Shown: in pieces, positions 53,189-62,117 of the stretch
How positions within the stretch are numbered: position 1 is the stretch's first letter
How the letters are laid out: each line of letters starts with the position of its first letter
Assembly (NCBI GenBank): GCA_944380395.1
Contig: CALWHM010000002.1
Span: 1,526-65,525 of the forward strand
Source of the DNA: an uncultured Clostridia bacterium
GTDB lineage: Bacteria > Bacillota > Clostridia > Christensenellales > UBA3700
Length of the DNA: 64,000 bases
Direction of reading: 5' to 3'
Notes under the pieces: model-generated
The model's input: only the letters and a program-made list of their open reading frames with translations
Told to the model about the DNA's origin: nothing
The model's database searches: none
Program-made: the position numbers and the translations under genes

Positions 53189-55341
53189 TTGTTCTCCGAC
53201 TTTTTAACGGACTTTTTGTCCGCTTTTTTCTCTGCTTTTTTCTCGGCTTTTTTCTCGGCTTTTTTAACGGACTTTTCGGGCTTTTCTTCCGATTTTGCTT
53301 TTTTATCGCTTTTCTTTGTCTCTTTTTTCGCTTGCTCCGGCTGTTCCGCCGCCACCTTCTTGCTGCCGATAACGCCCTGTACGGCGCCCTCTCCGGACGC
53401 GGCGACCTTGCCCGTGCCGCTTATGGCGCGCAGATAAGATTTGTCGTGCACAAAGGTGGGCACAAGCACTTTCAGCTGTTCCACCACCGCCTCTTTATCG
53501 TTGGTGGCGCATATCGCGCGCATCTTTTCCAACTGCGCCATAAGCCAAGGCTTATCAATGGTCACCTGCTTGCCGATGAATATCTTTTCGTTGGGCGTTT
53601 TCTGCAAGCCCTCTTCCTTCATCAGCAGCTCTTCAAACAGCTTCTCTCCCGGGCGCAGTCCCGTGAATTTTATCTCTATGTCCTTATAAGGCGTATATCC
53701 CATCATTACTATGAGATTTTCCGCAAGCGTGAGTATCTTGACCGGCTCCCCCATATTCAAAATGAATATCTCTCCGCCCTTTGCGAACGTTCCCGCCTGC
53801 AACACCAAACTGACCGCTTCGGGTATGGTCATAAAGTAACGTATGATGTCCGGGTGCGTGACCGTTACGGGTCCGCCGTTCTTTATCTGCTCTTTGAACA
53901 GAGGTATTACCGAGCCGTTAGAGCCGAGCACGTTTCCGAAGCGCACCGCCGCAAACTCCGTCTTGCTGCCCGACTGCGCCATCATCTGCACTATCTCCTC
54001 GCAGCAGCGCTTTGTGGCGCCCATAACGTTGGTGGGGTTGACCGCCTTGTCCGTGGAGATCATAACGAACTTCTCCACGCCGTGCTTATCCGCCATCTGC
54101 GCCACGTTCAGCGTGCCGAAGATGTTGTTCTTGCACGCTTCTTCCGGGTTGGTTTCCATCAGAGGAACGTGCTTGTGCGCCGCCGCATGGAAGACTATTT
54201 TAGGCTGATGTTCGGTGAAAAGTTCGTCCATCTTATCCCTGTCCGTGATGGAGGCTATCTCCACCCGTATGGGATAATCAGCGCCGTATGTGCGCAATAT
54301 CTCCTGCTGTATCTCATACGCAGAATTCTCGTATATATCCACGATAACCACTTTGGCGGGCTTATACTTGACTATCTGCCTTACAAGTTCCGAGCCTATG
54401 GAACCGCCTCCGCCCGTTATCATACAGACTTTGCCTTCTATATACGCCGCCACGCCCTTATCCGTAAAGGCTATCTGCGGTCTTCCAAGCAAGTCGCCTA
54501 TATTTATGTCACGTATCTGGCTGACCATATCCGCCGTGCCCACAAGTTCGCTGATGTAAGGCAGCACCTTCACCTGACAGCCCGTGGACATACACGTAGC
54601 CAGCATACTCTTGCGCGCCTGCGCGCTTATGGACGGTATTGCGAATATTATGGTGGATATGGAATACTTGGTCACAAGGCGCGGTATCTCCTGCGTGGAG
54701 CCTACTATCGGCACGTTGTCTATCGTCCTGCCCTGCTTTTCCAAGTCGTCGTCCACAAGACAGATGGGGATATATATGCTGTTTTTGCGGCTGAGTTCTT
54801 CCACCACCGTGCTGCCCGTACTGCCCGCGCCCACTATCATTGTGCGCTTGCGCTCCACCGTCTTTATCTTGGGCGTCCAATAAGAATAGAGCATCTCGTA
54901 TATCAGATGCATCACCGCCACGGACATAGACGTGGAAAACGCCATTATGATATATACGGGGAAGCCGCGGTATACGTCGCCGACTATAAATTCGTTGGAA
55001 GACACAAAGTGGGCGAGCTGATCCACGCCCGTAAACAGCAGAGTGCCGCATATGCAGGCAAGGATTATGCGCATATACTCCTTTACGCGCGCAAAGCGCC
55101 ACACCACTTTGAATACTTTGAACAGTACGAAGAACAGGAAAAAGCATGCCACGACTATCGGCGTGCTTATCAGCACGGAGATAACATATTCGCTGCCGTG
55201 CGTATCTATGACATAAGACTGCGTAAGCAGTGCGGTGGCGAAAAACATCGCCGCGACCATGAACATATCCGCCACGGCAAGCACCCACTCGCGCAGCGTA
55301 CGCATGGAAAAAGACTTTATGTCTATCTTCTTTTTGCCCAT
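53185..55341 (-). CDS. CapD/PglF/WbpM-type membrane-anchored NDP-sugar 4,6-dehydratase (polysaccharide biosynthesis)
   Basis: 718 aa. N-terminal TM helices, two Rossmann motifs (IVGAGSTGS; ITGGGGSIGSEL), and STDKAVNPTNVMGATKR. Unusual C-terminal K/A/E-rich tail (KKAEKKAEKKAEKKADKK). Confidence 0.9.
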   Translation of the reverse strand: MGKKKIDIKSFSMRTLREWVLAVADMFMVAAMFFATALLTQSYVIDTHGSEYVISVLISTPIVVACFFLFFVLFKVFKVVWRFARVKEYMRIILACICGTLLFTGVDQLAHFVSSNEFIVGDVYRGFPVYIIMAFSTSMSVAVMHLIYEMLYSYWTPKIKTVERKRTMIVGAGSTGSTVVEELSRKNSIYIPICLVDDDLEKQGRTIDNVPIVGSTQEIPRLVTKYSISTIIFAIPSISAQARKSMLATCMSTGCQVKVLPYISELVGTADMVSQIRDINIGDLLGRPQIAFTDKGVAAYIEGKVCMITGGGGSIGSELVRQIVKYKPAKVVIVDIYENSAYEIQQEILRTYGADYPIRVEIASITDRDKMDELFTEHQPKIVFHAAAHKHVPLMETNPEEACKNNIFGTLNVAQMADKHGVEKFVMISTDKAVNPTNVMGATKRCCEEIVQMMAQSGSKTEFAAVRFGNVLGSNGSVIPLFKEQIKNGGPVTVTHPDIIRYFMTIPEAVSLVLQAGTFAKGGEIFILNMGEPVKILTLAENLIVMMGYTPYKDIEIKFTGLRPGEKLFEELLMKEEGLQKTPNEKIFIGKQVTIDKPWLMAQLEKMRAICATNDKEAVVEQLKVLVPTFVHDKSYLRAISGTGKVAASGEGAVQGVIGSKKVAAEQPEQAKKETKKSDKKAKSEEKPEKSVKKAEKKAEKKAEKKADKKSVKKSENK

Positions 55342-55346
55342 TTCTC

Positions 55347-56609
55347 CTACTTACTCGCTTTACGAGCGTTCTTCTTGCGCAGAATAACTCCCTCTATTTT
55401 GCGTCCGCGCTCGTTGTATTTTTCTTCCGTTTCTATAAGCTTTTTAATGGAATATCCCTCTTCCACCACCAGCGCCGTATCCGAAGCAAACGCCGCCAGC
55501 AGTTCGCTGCGCACGTCCGCGCCCGAATATCCGCTGATTATCATTCTGGGATATTTCTCCCTGACTTTGGTCAAAAGGTTTGCTATCTCTTCGCGTCTGC
55601 CGTATATATCCAAGCCCGCGCCCGCGCTCAGCTTGCCGTCTGCTATCACTTCGTCCAATTCTACTCCGTTCAACGCCCCGGCTATGCCTTTTCCGCTCTC
55701 ATCGTCAAAGTCCACAAAAACGGCGTTGCCGGACTGCTTTTCGCGCTCCGCCCATGCGGCGGCTATGTCCGCGGCGCTCTTTGTCATGCCCATAACGTAA
55801 GTGGTGCTGTCTTTCTCGCCCCTGAGCATGGCGCTCTTTATCACGGCTTCGCCCAAATTATTCTCGCCCGCGTATATGGTCGCAAGCACGGTGTATTCCG
55901 TCTGAGAGGATATATCTTCGGGGTATGTGACGCGCATAAACACCGCGCTCCAAATAAGAAGCAGTACCACCGCCGCCACAAAGCCTATTGCCACGCCTTC
56001 GACTATAACTATAATAACAGATAACACGCCACCATCATCCGCCGAAAACATAGCGTTCAAATCTTCTTCGCTGTTCTTATATGAAAGCTGTACGGTAAAT
56101 CCCTCCGTTTCTCCGCTGCCGATGGATTCCTTTACCTGCTTTTCCAAATCGTCCAGCATAAACACGGCGTCTTTCGCACTGTTTGCTTTTACCGTAATTG
56201 TTAACGATGTATTGTCGTTATCCAACTTCAATTCTATATTCGACTTTAATGTGTTGATTCCGTACGAAATATCTGCCTCTTGCAACGCTTTATGCAGATT
56301 TATATATGCGGTGTTAGTCAGCGTATTGACTACTTGCGCAATTTTTCTTCTCTGCTCCTGCAACATCAAATTTAGTATCTCCGCTATTTCGGCGGAAGAA
56401 CTTCCGCTGTCGGGAGTATATGATAAGGTAGGATAGGAAATAACAAAGCCCTCCGTTGCCTCATAAGACATCTCCGAAGTTCCCGTTATGGAAATCACGC
56501 AAAACACCACCGCAACCAACAGTGTGATAACGATAAGCGCCTTCCACTTGGAAAACACTTCCAGCGCCAGCTTTTTGGCGTCATATCTCACGCTTTTTTT
56601 CTCTTCCAT
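55347..56609 (-). CDS. Wzz/CpsC-like chain-length determinant with a C-terminal BY-kinase-like domain lacking an obvious Walker A
   Basis: 420 aa. Two TM helices bracket a helical periplasmic-type segment. The C-terminal ~170 aa resemble a CpsD-like domain, but no GxxGxGKS/T motif was seen. Confidence 0.4.
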   Translation of the reverse strand: MEEKKSVRYDAKKLALEVFSKWKALIVITLLVAVVFCVISITGTSEMSYEATEGFVISYPTLSYTPDSGSSSAEIAEILNLMLQEQRRKIAQVVNTLTNTAYINLHKALQEADISYGINTLKSNIELKLDNDNTSLTITVKANSAKDAVFMLDDLEKQVKESIGSGETEGFTVQLSYKNSEEDLNAMFSADDGGVLSVIIVIVEGVAIGFVAAVVLLLIWSAVFMRVTYPEDISSQTEYTVLATIYAGENNLGEAVIKSAMLRGEKDSTTYVMGMTKSAADIAAAWAEREKQSGNAVFVDFDDESGKGIAGALNGVELDEVIADGKLSAGAGLDIYGRREEIANLLTKVREKYPRMIISGYSGADVRSELLAAFASDTALVVEEGYSIKKLIETEEKYNERGRKIEGVILRKKNARKASK

Positions 56610-58072
56610 TTTTTACTCCCGGCGGCGGCAAGCTCTTTCAGCGTGCAGCCAAGTTTTATTTGCCCCTTATCAAGCTGTCTTTCCAACTCCATAACAGCCA
56701 AAAACATATATATCGTCGTCATAAACGGCAGCCCTTCAAACGTAGCCGTATCTATTATCGCATAGCCTTCCACGCCCAGCATACCCACAAAGAAGAATAT
56801 GTGCCATGCCTTGCGCGCGGACAGAACCGTGTAGTAGCGCGAGATATAAAGCCATATCATCGCCGCCGTCCCCGCAAGTCCCATACTGCCCAGCGTTTGA
56901 AAGACGGTGGAGTGGAAGGGATATACTCCGCTTGCCATCTGCAATTTGGAATTGTACCCCAAATACCCCATACCCGCTCCGAAGAGAGGGTTTTGCAGGA
57001 ACTTGTCCATAGCTTCTATATAAAGGTAGTCCCTGCCCGACGTCTGCATTTTATCCGAAAAAGTATTGCCTATTATAAGCGTTATCTTTTCCCAATAAAA
57101 CGTCAAAGTCAAAATCAGCACTGCGGCAAGCGCCGCCGCCACCGCCCAGTAAAGCGGATTTTTTCTGTTATATACCGTGAGCGCAATAACTCCCGCCGCC
57201 AGCACTATTATCGTGAATATCAGCGCTCCGCGCGAATGCGCATACAGCATGCACGCGAACTGCACGCCCGTAAGCAGCGCGAACGGCAGCAAGAACTTCC
57301 ACGATTTGCTCATATAGTAGAAGTTGAACGCTATGCACAGCATCAAAGCCGTGGTGAACACGTTGCTGCCCGCCCAGCCCAGCTCCGGCATATAGTCGTT
57401 GGAGCTTATGTCTATGCCTTCCGCAGCCGCCTGCACGTAGAGCGTTATCGCCTGCGCCGCTATCAGCACGCCCCAGATGACCACGCTTGCCGCGGCATAG
57501 TCGCCGTATGCGCACTTATCCTCTCCGTAAAGCTTGATGAACAGATATACCATCAAGGGCAGAACGCCCACATACAGCATTGCGGTAAGCCCTTTTGCCT
57601 TGTCCTGCACCGCGGAAGAAAACAGTCCGCTTAGCAGCATTGCCGCGACCAGCGCCGCCATAGGCAGCAGATTAAAGGAGCTTTTGTCCAGCTTATTGCG
57701 CCTGTACACGGCAATGTGCACCGCAAGTCCGACCACCGCAGGCACCGCCGCCAGCGCATACTGCCACAGCTCGCCCGGCATTTCGTCGATATGCACCACG
57801 CACGGCGCGATGAGTACAAGCGGCAATATGCTTACTCCGTCGCGCACCAGTATAAGCGTCAGGCACGCCAGCGCGGCGAACACCGCTATGGCTGCAAGCA
57901 GATTTTCGCTCTGCCACAGCAGGTAAGCCGCTATCGCCAAAAATGCGATATAGAACTTTGAGTGCACAAAAGAGTCTGCCGCTTCACGCGTTTTCAGCCA
58001 AATAGCGGCGGCTGTCTTCAATTTCCGTACCCGTCGGGATTCGTGCTCTGCCAGCGCCAGCTGTCCTCGCAC
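56588..58072 (-). CDS. O-antigen ligase/polymerase-family (Wzy_C-like) polytopic membrane protein
   Basis: 494-aa ORF with more than 10 hydrophobic helices and a large loop containing HSRGAL. The annotated start overlaps galE by 55 nt, so the true start is uncertain. Confidence 0.55.
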   Translation of the reverse strand: MRGQLALAEHESRRVRKLKTAAAIWLKTREAADSFVHSKFYIAFLAIAAYLLWQSENLLAAIAVFAALACLTLILVRDGVSILPLVLIAPCVVHIDEMPGELWQYALAAVPAVVGLAVHIAVYRRNKLDKSSFNLLPMAALVAAMLLSGLFSSAVQDKAKGLTAMLYVGVLPLMVYLFIKLYGEDKCAYGDYAAASVVIWGVLIAAQAITLYVQAAAEGIDISSNDYMPELGWAGSNVFTTALMLCIAFNFYYMSKSWKFLLPFALLTGVQFACMLYAHSRGALIFTIIVLAAGVIALTVYNRKNPLYWAVAAALAAVLILTLTFYWEKITLIIGNTFSDKMQTSGRDYLYIEAMDKFLQNPLFGAGMGYLGYNSKLQMASGVYPFHSTVFQTLGSMGLAGTAAMIWLYISRYYTVLSARKAWHIFFFVGMLGVEGYAIIDTATFEGLPFMTTIYMFLAVMELERQLDKGQIKLGCTLKELAAAGSKKWKRKKA

Positions 58073-59031
58073 ATATCCTCCAAATCATACTTGCACTTGA
58101 AGCCCATCTCTTTTTCCGCAAGCGAAGCGTCCGCATAGCATTCGGCAATATCGCCCGCCCTGCGGGGAGCGATGACGTAAGGTATCTTTCTGCCGCTGGC
58201 TTTTTCAAACGCCTTTACTATGTCAAGCACGCTGTATCCGTGTCCCGTACCCAAATTATAGGTGACAAGTCCGGGCTTTTCTTCCAGCTTTTTCACCGCC
58301 AAAGAATGCGCGTGCGCCAAATCCAACACGTGTATATAATCTCTCACGCCCGTACCGTCATGCGTGGGATAATCGTTGCCGAACACGCTGAGCTGCTTTA
58401 ATTTGCCTATCGCCACCTGCGTGATATAGGGCATCAGATTGTTGGGTATGCCGTGAGGATCCTCCCCTATCATTCCGCTCTTGTGCGCGCCGATGGGGTT
58501 AAAGTAGCGCAAAAGCGCGATGTTCATACTGCCGTCCGCCTTGAAGATGTAGCGGAGCATATCCTCTATCATCAGCTTGGTATGTCCGTAAGGATTGGTG
58601 ACCGAAAGGGGAAAATCCTCCTTGATGGGCACGCTCTTGGGCTGACCGTATACCGTTGCGGAAGAGGAGAACACGAAGTTCTTGCAGTTAAACTCCCTCA
58701 TCACTTTGAGCAGATTCAACGTGTTCGTGAGGTTGTTTATATAGTATTCCAGCGGCTTGGCGCAAGATTCGCCCACCGCTTTAAGTCCCGCGAAGTGAAT
58801 GACGCAGTCTATCTTTTCCTTTTGGAAAATGTCGCGCACCTTGTCTATATCGCAAAGGTCGTATTCGTAAAACTTAACGTCCTTTCCGCACAGCTTGCGC
58901 ACGCGCTTGACCGCCTCATACTTGCTGTTGCACAAATTGTCCGCTATGATGGGATCGTAACCGTTCTCCACCAAGTCTATAACTGTGTGACTTCCGATAT
59001 ATCCGGCTCCGCCGGTGACCAAAACGCTCAT
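58018..59031 (-). CDS. galE: UDP-glucose 4-epimerase
   Basis: 337 aa. VLVTGGAGYIGSH Rossmann motif and PYGHTK (YxxxK) catalytic motif. Confidence 0.9.
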   Translation of the reverse strand: MSVLVTGGAGYIGSHTVIDLVENGYDPIIADNLCNSKYEAVKRVRKLCGKDVKFYEYDLCDIDKVRDIFQKEKIDCVIHFAGLKAVGESCAKPLEYYINNLTNTLNLLKVMREFNCKNFVFSSSATVYGQPKSVPIKEDFPLSVTNPYGHTKLMIEDMLRYIFKADGSMNIALLRYFNPIGAHKSGMIGEDPHGIPNNLMPYITQVAIGKLKQLSVFGNDYPTHDGTGVRDYIHVLDLAHAHSLAVKKLEEKPGLVTYNLGTGHGYSVLDIVKAFEKASGRKIPYVIAPRRAGDIAECYADASLAEKEMGFKCKYDLEDMCEDSWRWQSTNPDGYGN

Positions 59032-59060
59032 TTGCCGCCTCCTTACAATTATATTATCTT

Positions 59061-60164
59061 CTATTTTGATTCGGTGTACACCTTCTGCACCGTTTCACGC
59101 ATAAACGGAAGGGCTTTTTCCAGCTCCTCCACCATTTTGAACTGAGTGCGGCACCTGACCAAATTGTGTTCGGGATACGCAATTTTGAAATAGACGTCCC
59201 CTTCCAGATAGTCGGTGAGAAATCTCATTCCGCACTCGAACGTCATAAGTATCGCCCCAACGGGCAGTAACTCGCGCTCTTTTTGCGTTATGCTGTCGCC
59301 CAAACCGCGCATAAAACCGCGCGTGAATGCAACGAAATTTTCCCTGTCGAAATGTACCTTGCTCAAATCCTTTTCGTCCTCTTCCGCCGTGGAACAGCCC
59401 ACCCTGATGGCGTCCCCGAAGTCGTAGAGCAAACTGCCGGGCATTACCGTGTCCAAATCTATCACGCAGACGGCTTTTTTCGTTGCGGTATCTATGAGCA
59501 CGTTGTTGAGCTTGGTATCGTTATGCGTAACTCGCAGCGGGATCTCGCCCTTTTCAAGGGCTTGCACTATTATACCCGTCTTATCCTTGCGCGCACGCGC
59601 AAATTCAATGAGGTCGGAAACGCCCGCCGCCCTGGACATCTTGTCCTCGGCTACGGCTTTTTCCAAATTCTCATATCTTTTGACCGTATTGTGAAAATCG
59701 GGGATAACCTCCACCAATGTGGAAGCGTCGAAGCCTTCCAGCCTCTTGATAAAAAGACCGAACGCCCTGCCCGCATCCTCGAACATTCCCCTGTTCTCCG
59801 CAATAAGGTATGCGTCCGTATTCTCGATAAGCTGCGTCATTCTCCACACTTCGCCCTGCTTGTCCACATAATAAGCGGCGCCGTTCACGGTGGGAATAAT
59901 GCGCAGACATTCCCTGTCCGCGTCCCCGCCCTCGCTTTTCACTATGGGGCGCAAATAAGCACACACCGCTTCAAAGTTGTTCATAAGAGCGGTGGGATGG
60001 GGAAATACGCGGGAATTCAGCTTTTGCAGAATATACCTGCGCACGCCGCCCTCGCTTGCGCAAGTGACGGCGTATGTGTCGTTGATGTGTCCGTTTCCGA
60101 ACGGTTTCACATCAAGGCAATTCCCCATTACGGAGAATTGCCCTGCGATGTCAAATAAATTCAT
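59061..60164 (-). CDS. N-acetylhexosamine 1-kinase-like phosphotransferase (APH fold)
   Basis: 367 aa. Catalytic loop HNDTKLNNVLID and metal-binding VIDLDTVMPG. The size and motifs match NahK-type kinases. Confidence 0.6.
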   Translation of the reverse strand: MNLFDIAGQFSVMGNCLDVKPFGNGHINDTYAVTCASEGGVRRYILQKLNSRVFPHPTALMNNFEAVCAYLRPIVKSEGGDADRECLRIIPTVNGAAYYVDKQGEVWRMTQLIENTDAYLIAENRGMFEDAGRAFGLFIKRLEGFDASTLVEVIPDFHNTVKRYENLEKAVAEDKMSRAAGVSDLIEFARARKDKTGIIVQALEKGEIPLRVTHNDTKLNNVLIDTATKKAVCVIDLDTVMPGSLLYDFGDAIRVGCSTAEEDEKDLSKVHFDRENFVAFTRGFMRGLGDSITQKERELLPVGAILMTFECGMRFLTDYLEGDVYFKIAYPEHNLVRCRTQFKMVEELEKALPFMRETVQKVYTESK

Positions 60165-60213
60165 TTGTCAACCTTTTCGGAAGAATACTCTTCCTTGCCC
60201 GAATTATTGCGGT

Positions 60214-61827
60214 TTATTCTTTGCTTTCGACGTCGGAGCTATCGACTACGTCTTCCGCCTCGCCTTCCGCTGCTGGAGCCTTATTCTTCTTCTTGCCGAT
60301 AATGCCCTTCTTTGCAAGTACGACCAGCGTCACGATAAGCACTATGATAACCGCTGCGCCAACGCCTACGCCGATACCCAAAGCTACCCACTTGTCAAGA
60401 GCGCCCGCTCCGAAGGAGTACATAGACGAATCGCTGACATCGAGCGCGTCCCCGCTGTAAGCATATTCGATTATCTGGTTATTGGTGGCATGACCCCAAG
60501 CGTAAGAGGAACCTTTCAACACGGATATCATCTTACCCTCATCTTTAGCGGCGCCTTCCACGCTTTCCACGGAGTACTGCTTGAACACACGGCGGATAAC
60601 GCCGGTATCCCAAACTTCATACCTCACGGTCAGCTCATCGCTGAACAGGGAGTCGACTTTGGAGAATCCGATAAAGTCAACTATTCCGCCCTGCAGAGCG
60701 CCGAACTCACCGGAAGTGATCAGATCCCAGCTGTATGCGTCGGTAGCCTGCAATTTTACGTCTATCACATAGAGCGTATGACCGTCCACGGTCTCCTTGG
60801 TGATCTTGCTGTTGACCTTATCAAAGGTCTGATCGTTTACCAAATAGTTGGAGATGCCGTCGCCGCGGTTGGGCAGAGCGGTATACCATCTGTCGTAATC
60901 AAAACCTACATAGCTGCCTTCCGTATTGCCGTCCTGATCGTCCCAAACGTACCAAGTGCCGTCGCTCCAGCTGCCGTCGGAGCCCTTGAACTGTACCTTT
61001 ATGACTCTGTTGCCTTTTTCGTCCCAGTTGGAAGCATTCTTTTCATTCTTTTTGGAATCGCGGTAGTTGCCGAGTTCTTTATCATCGTTGGTAAACACCC
61101 TATAAGTATCGGCAGTCACATTCTCCGTCACACGTTTTTCCACATCGAACCCGGAGGTATCATATGTAACGCCCGTACCTTCTGTGATTACGGGATCTCC
61201 TTTCCACTGCGCGGTAACGCCTGCGGGATACTCGGCATCAAAGGTGCGAGTGCCGGGGTTGCCTGATTGAGAATAGTTAACGTTGTCAATGGTAGCGCTC
61301 TTGGTCCATACGCCGAAGTTCTCCTGAATGCCGAACGCGTCGAGTGTAGGCAGCAATTTATCCATCTGGCTTACGGTCTGAGTATACTTATTGCCCTGAC
61401 CGTCATAAGCGACCATATAGCTTGCATACTGCGTGATAGGATTGCCGAAGGTGTTCGTGCCGGGTTTCACAACGCCGTACAACCTCTTTTCAAGCTGTAT
61501 TTCGATTTGCGACAAGGTGTTGTTCACCTGCGCATAAGCGCTGACCTTGCTTTGGTTTTCACGCATGGTCTGATATGCGGTCCAAGCATCCATATCAGCC
61601 GTTATGGGAGTAAGAGTCTCGCCGTCTTTCAATACGATTTGATCTGCTGCGGTATAGCCGCTGTATCCGGGCGACACCGTATCATCGTTGGGGTAAGGGT
61701 AGTCACCGGAACTTGCCCAAACATCACCTACGCCTTCCGCAACGGCGGTCAAGCCGCAAGCGGAGAATGCGATGACGCTGATAAGCGCAATGGCTATGAT
61801 AAGCGTCAGCGTAAACTTTTTGTTCAT
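60214..61827 (-). CDS. Surface-anchored hypothetical protein (N-terminal signal/lipobox-like, C-terminal TM anchor)
   Basis: 537 aa. N-terminal hydrophobic segment ending AFSAC. C-terminal helix VALGIGVGVGAAVIIVLIVTLVVLA, followed by a basic then acidic tail. Confidence 0.5.
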   Translation of the reverse strand: MNKKFTLTLIIAIALISVIAFSACGLTAVAEGVGDVWASSGDYPYPNDDTVSPGYSGYTAADQIVLKDGETLTPITADMDAWTAYQTMRENQSKVSAYAQVNNTLSQIEIQLEKRLYGVVKPGTNTFGNPITQYASYMVAYDGQGNKYTQTVSQMDKLLPTLDAFGIQENFGVWTKSATIDNVNYSQSGNPGTRTFDAEYPAGVTAQWKGDPVITEGTGVTYDTSGFDVEKRVTENVTADTYRVFTNDDKELGNYRDSKKNEKNASNWDEKGNRVIKVQFKGSDGSWSDGTWYVWDDQDGNTEGSYVGFDYDRWYTALPNRGDGISNYLVNDQTFDKVNSKITKETVDGHTLYVIDVKLQATDAYSWDLITSGEFGALQGGIVDFIGFSKVDSLFSDELTVRYEVWDTGVIRRVFKQYSVESVEGAAKDEGKMISVLKGSSYAWGHATNNQIIEYAYSGDALDVSDSSMYSFGAGALDKWVALGIGVGVGAAVIIVLIVTLVVLAKKGIIGKKKNKAPAAEGEAEDVVDSSDVESKE

Positions 61828-62117
61828 AATCCACCTCTTTTTTTCTTTTACGTCCTATCGGCCGCATAGTAATTTTACTATATTTCTTGCGCGTTGTAAA
61901 GCATTAATTATTAAAATCTGCCTTATTCGCGCCGCTTTCCCCGCACTTTATATACCGATGGTTATAAAAACGACGCAAAACAGCCCTTTAATGTCAAAGT
62001 TGTGTAAATGCTTTTGCCTTATTCGGCGGAATTGTGCGCCTCTTTTGCAATAAGTTCTTGCAATTAAATTGCGGCGGATATATAATAATATTGTAATAAC
62101 TGTTCAAAGGCGGAAAG

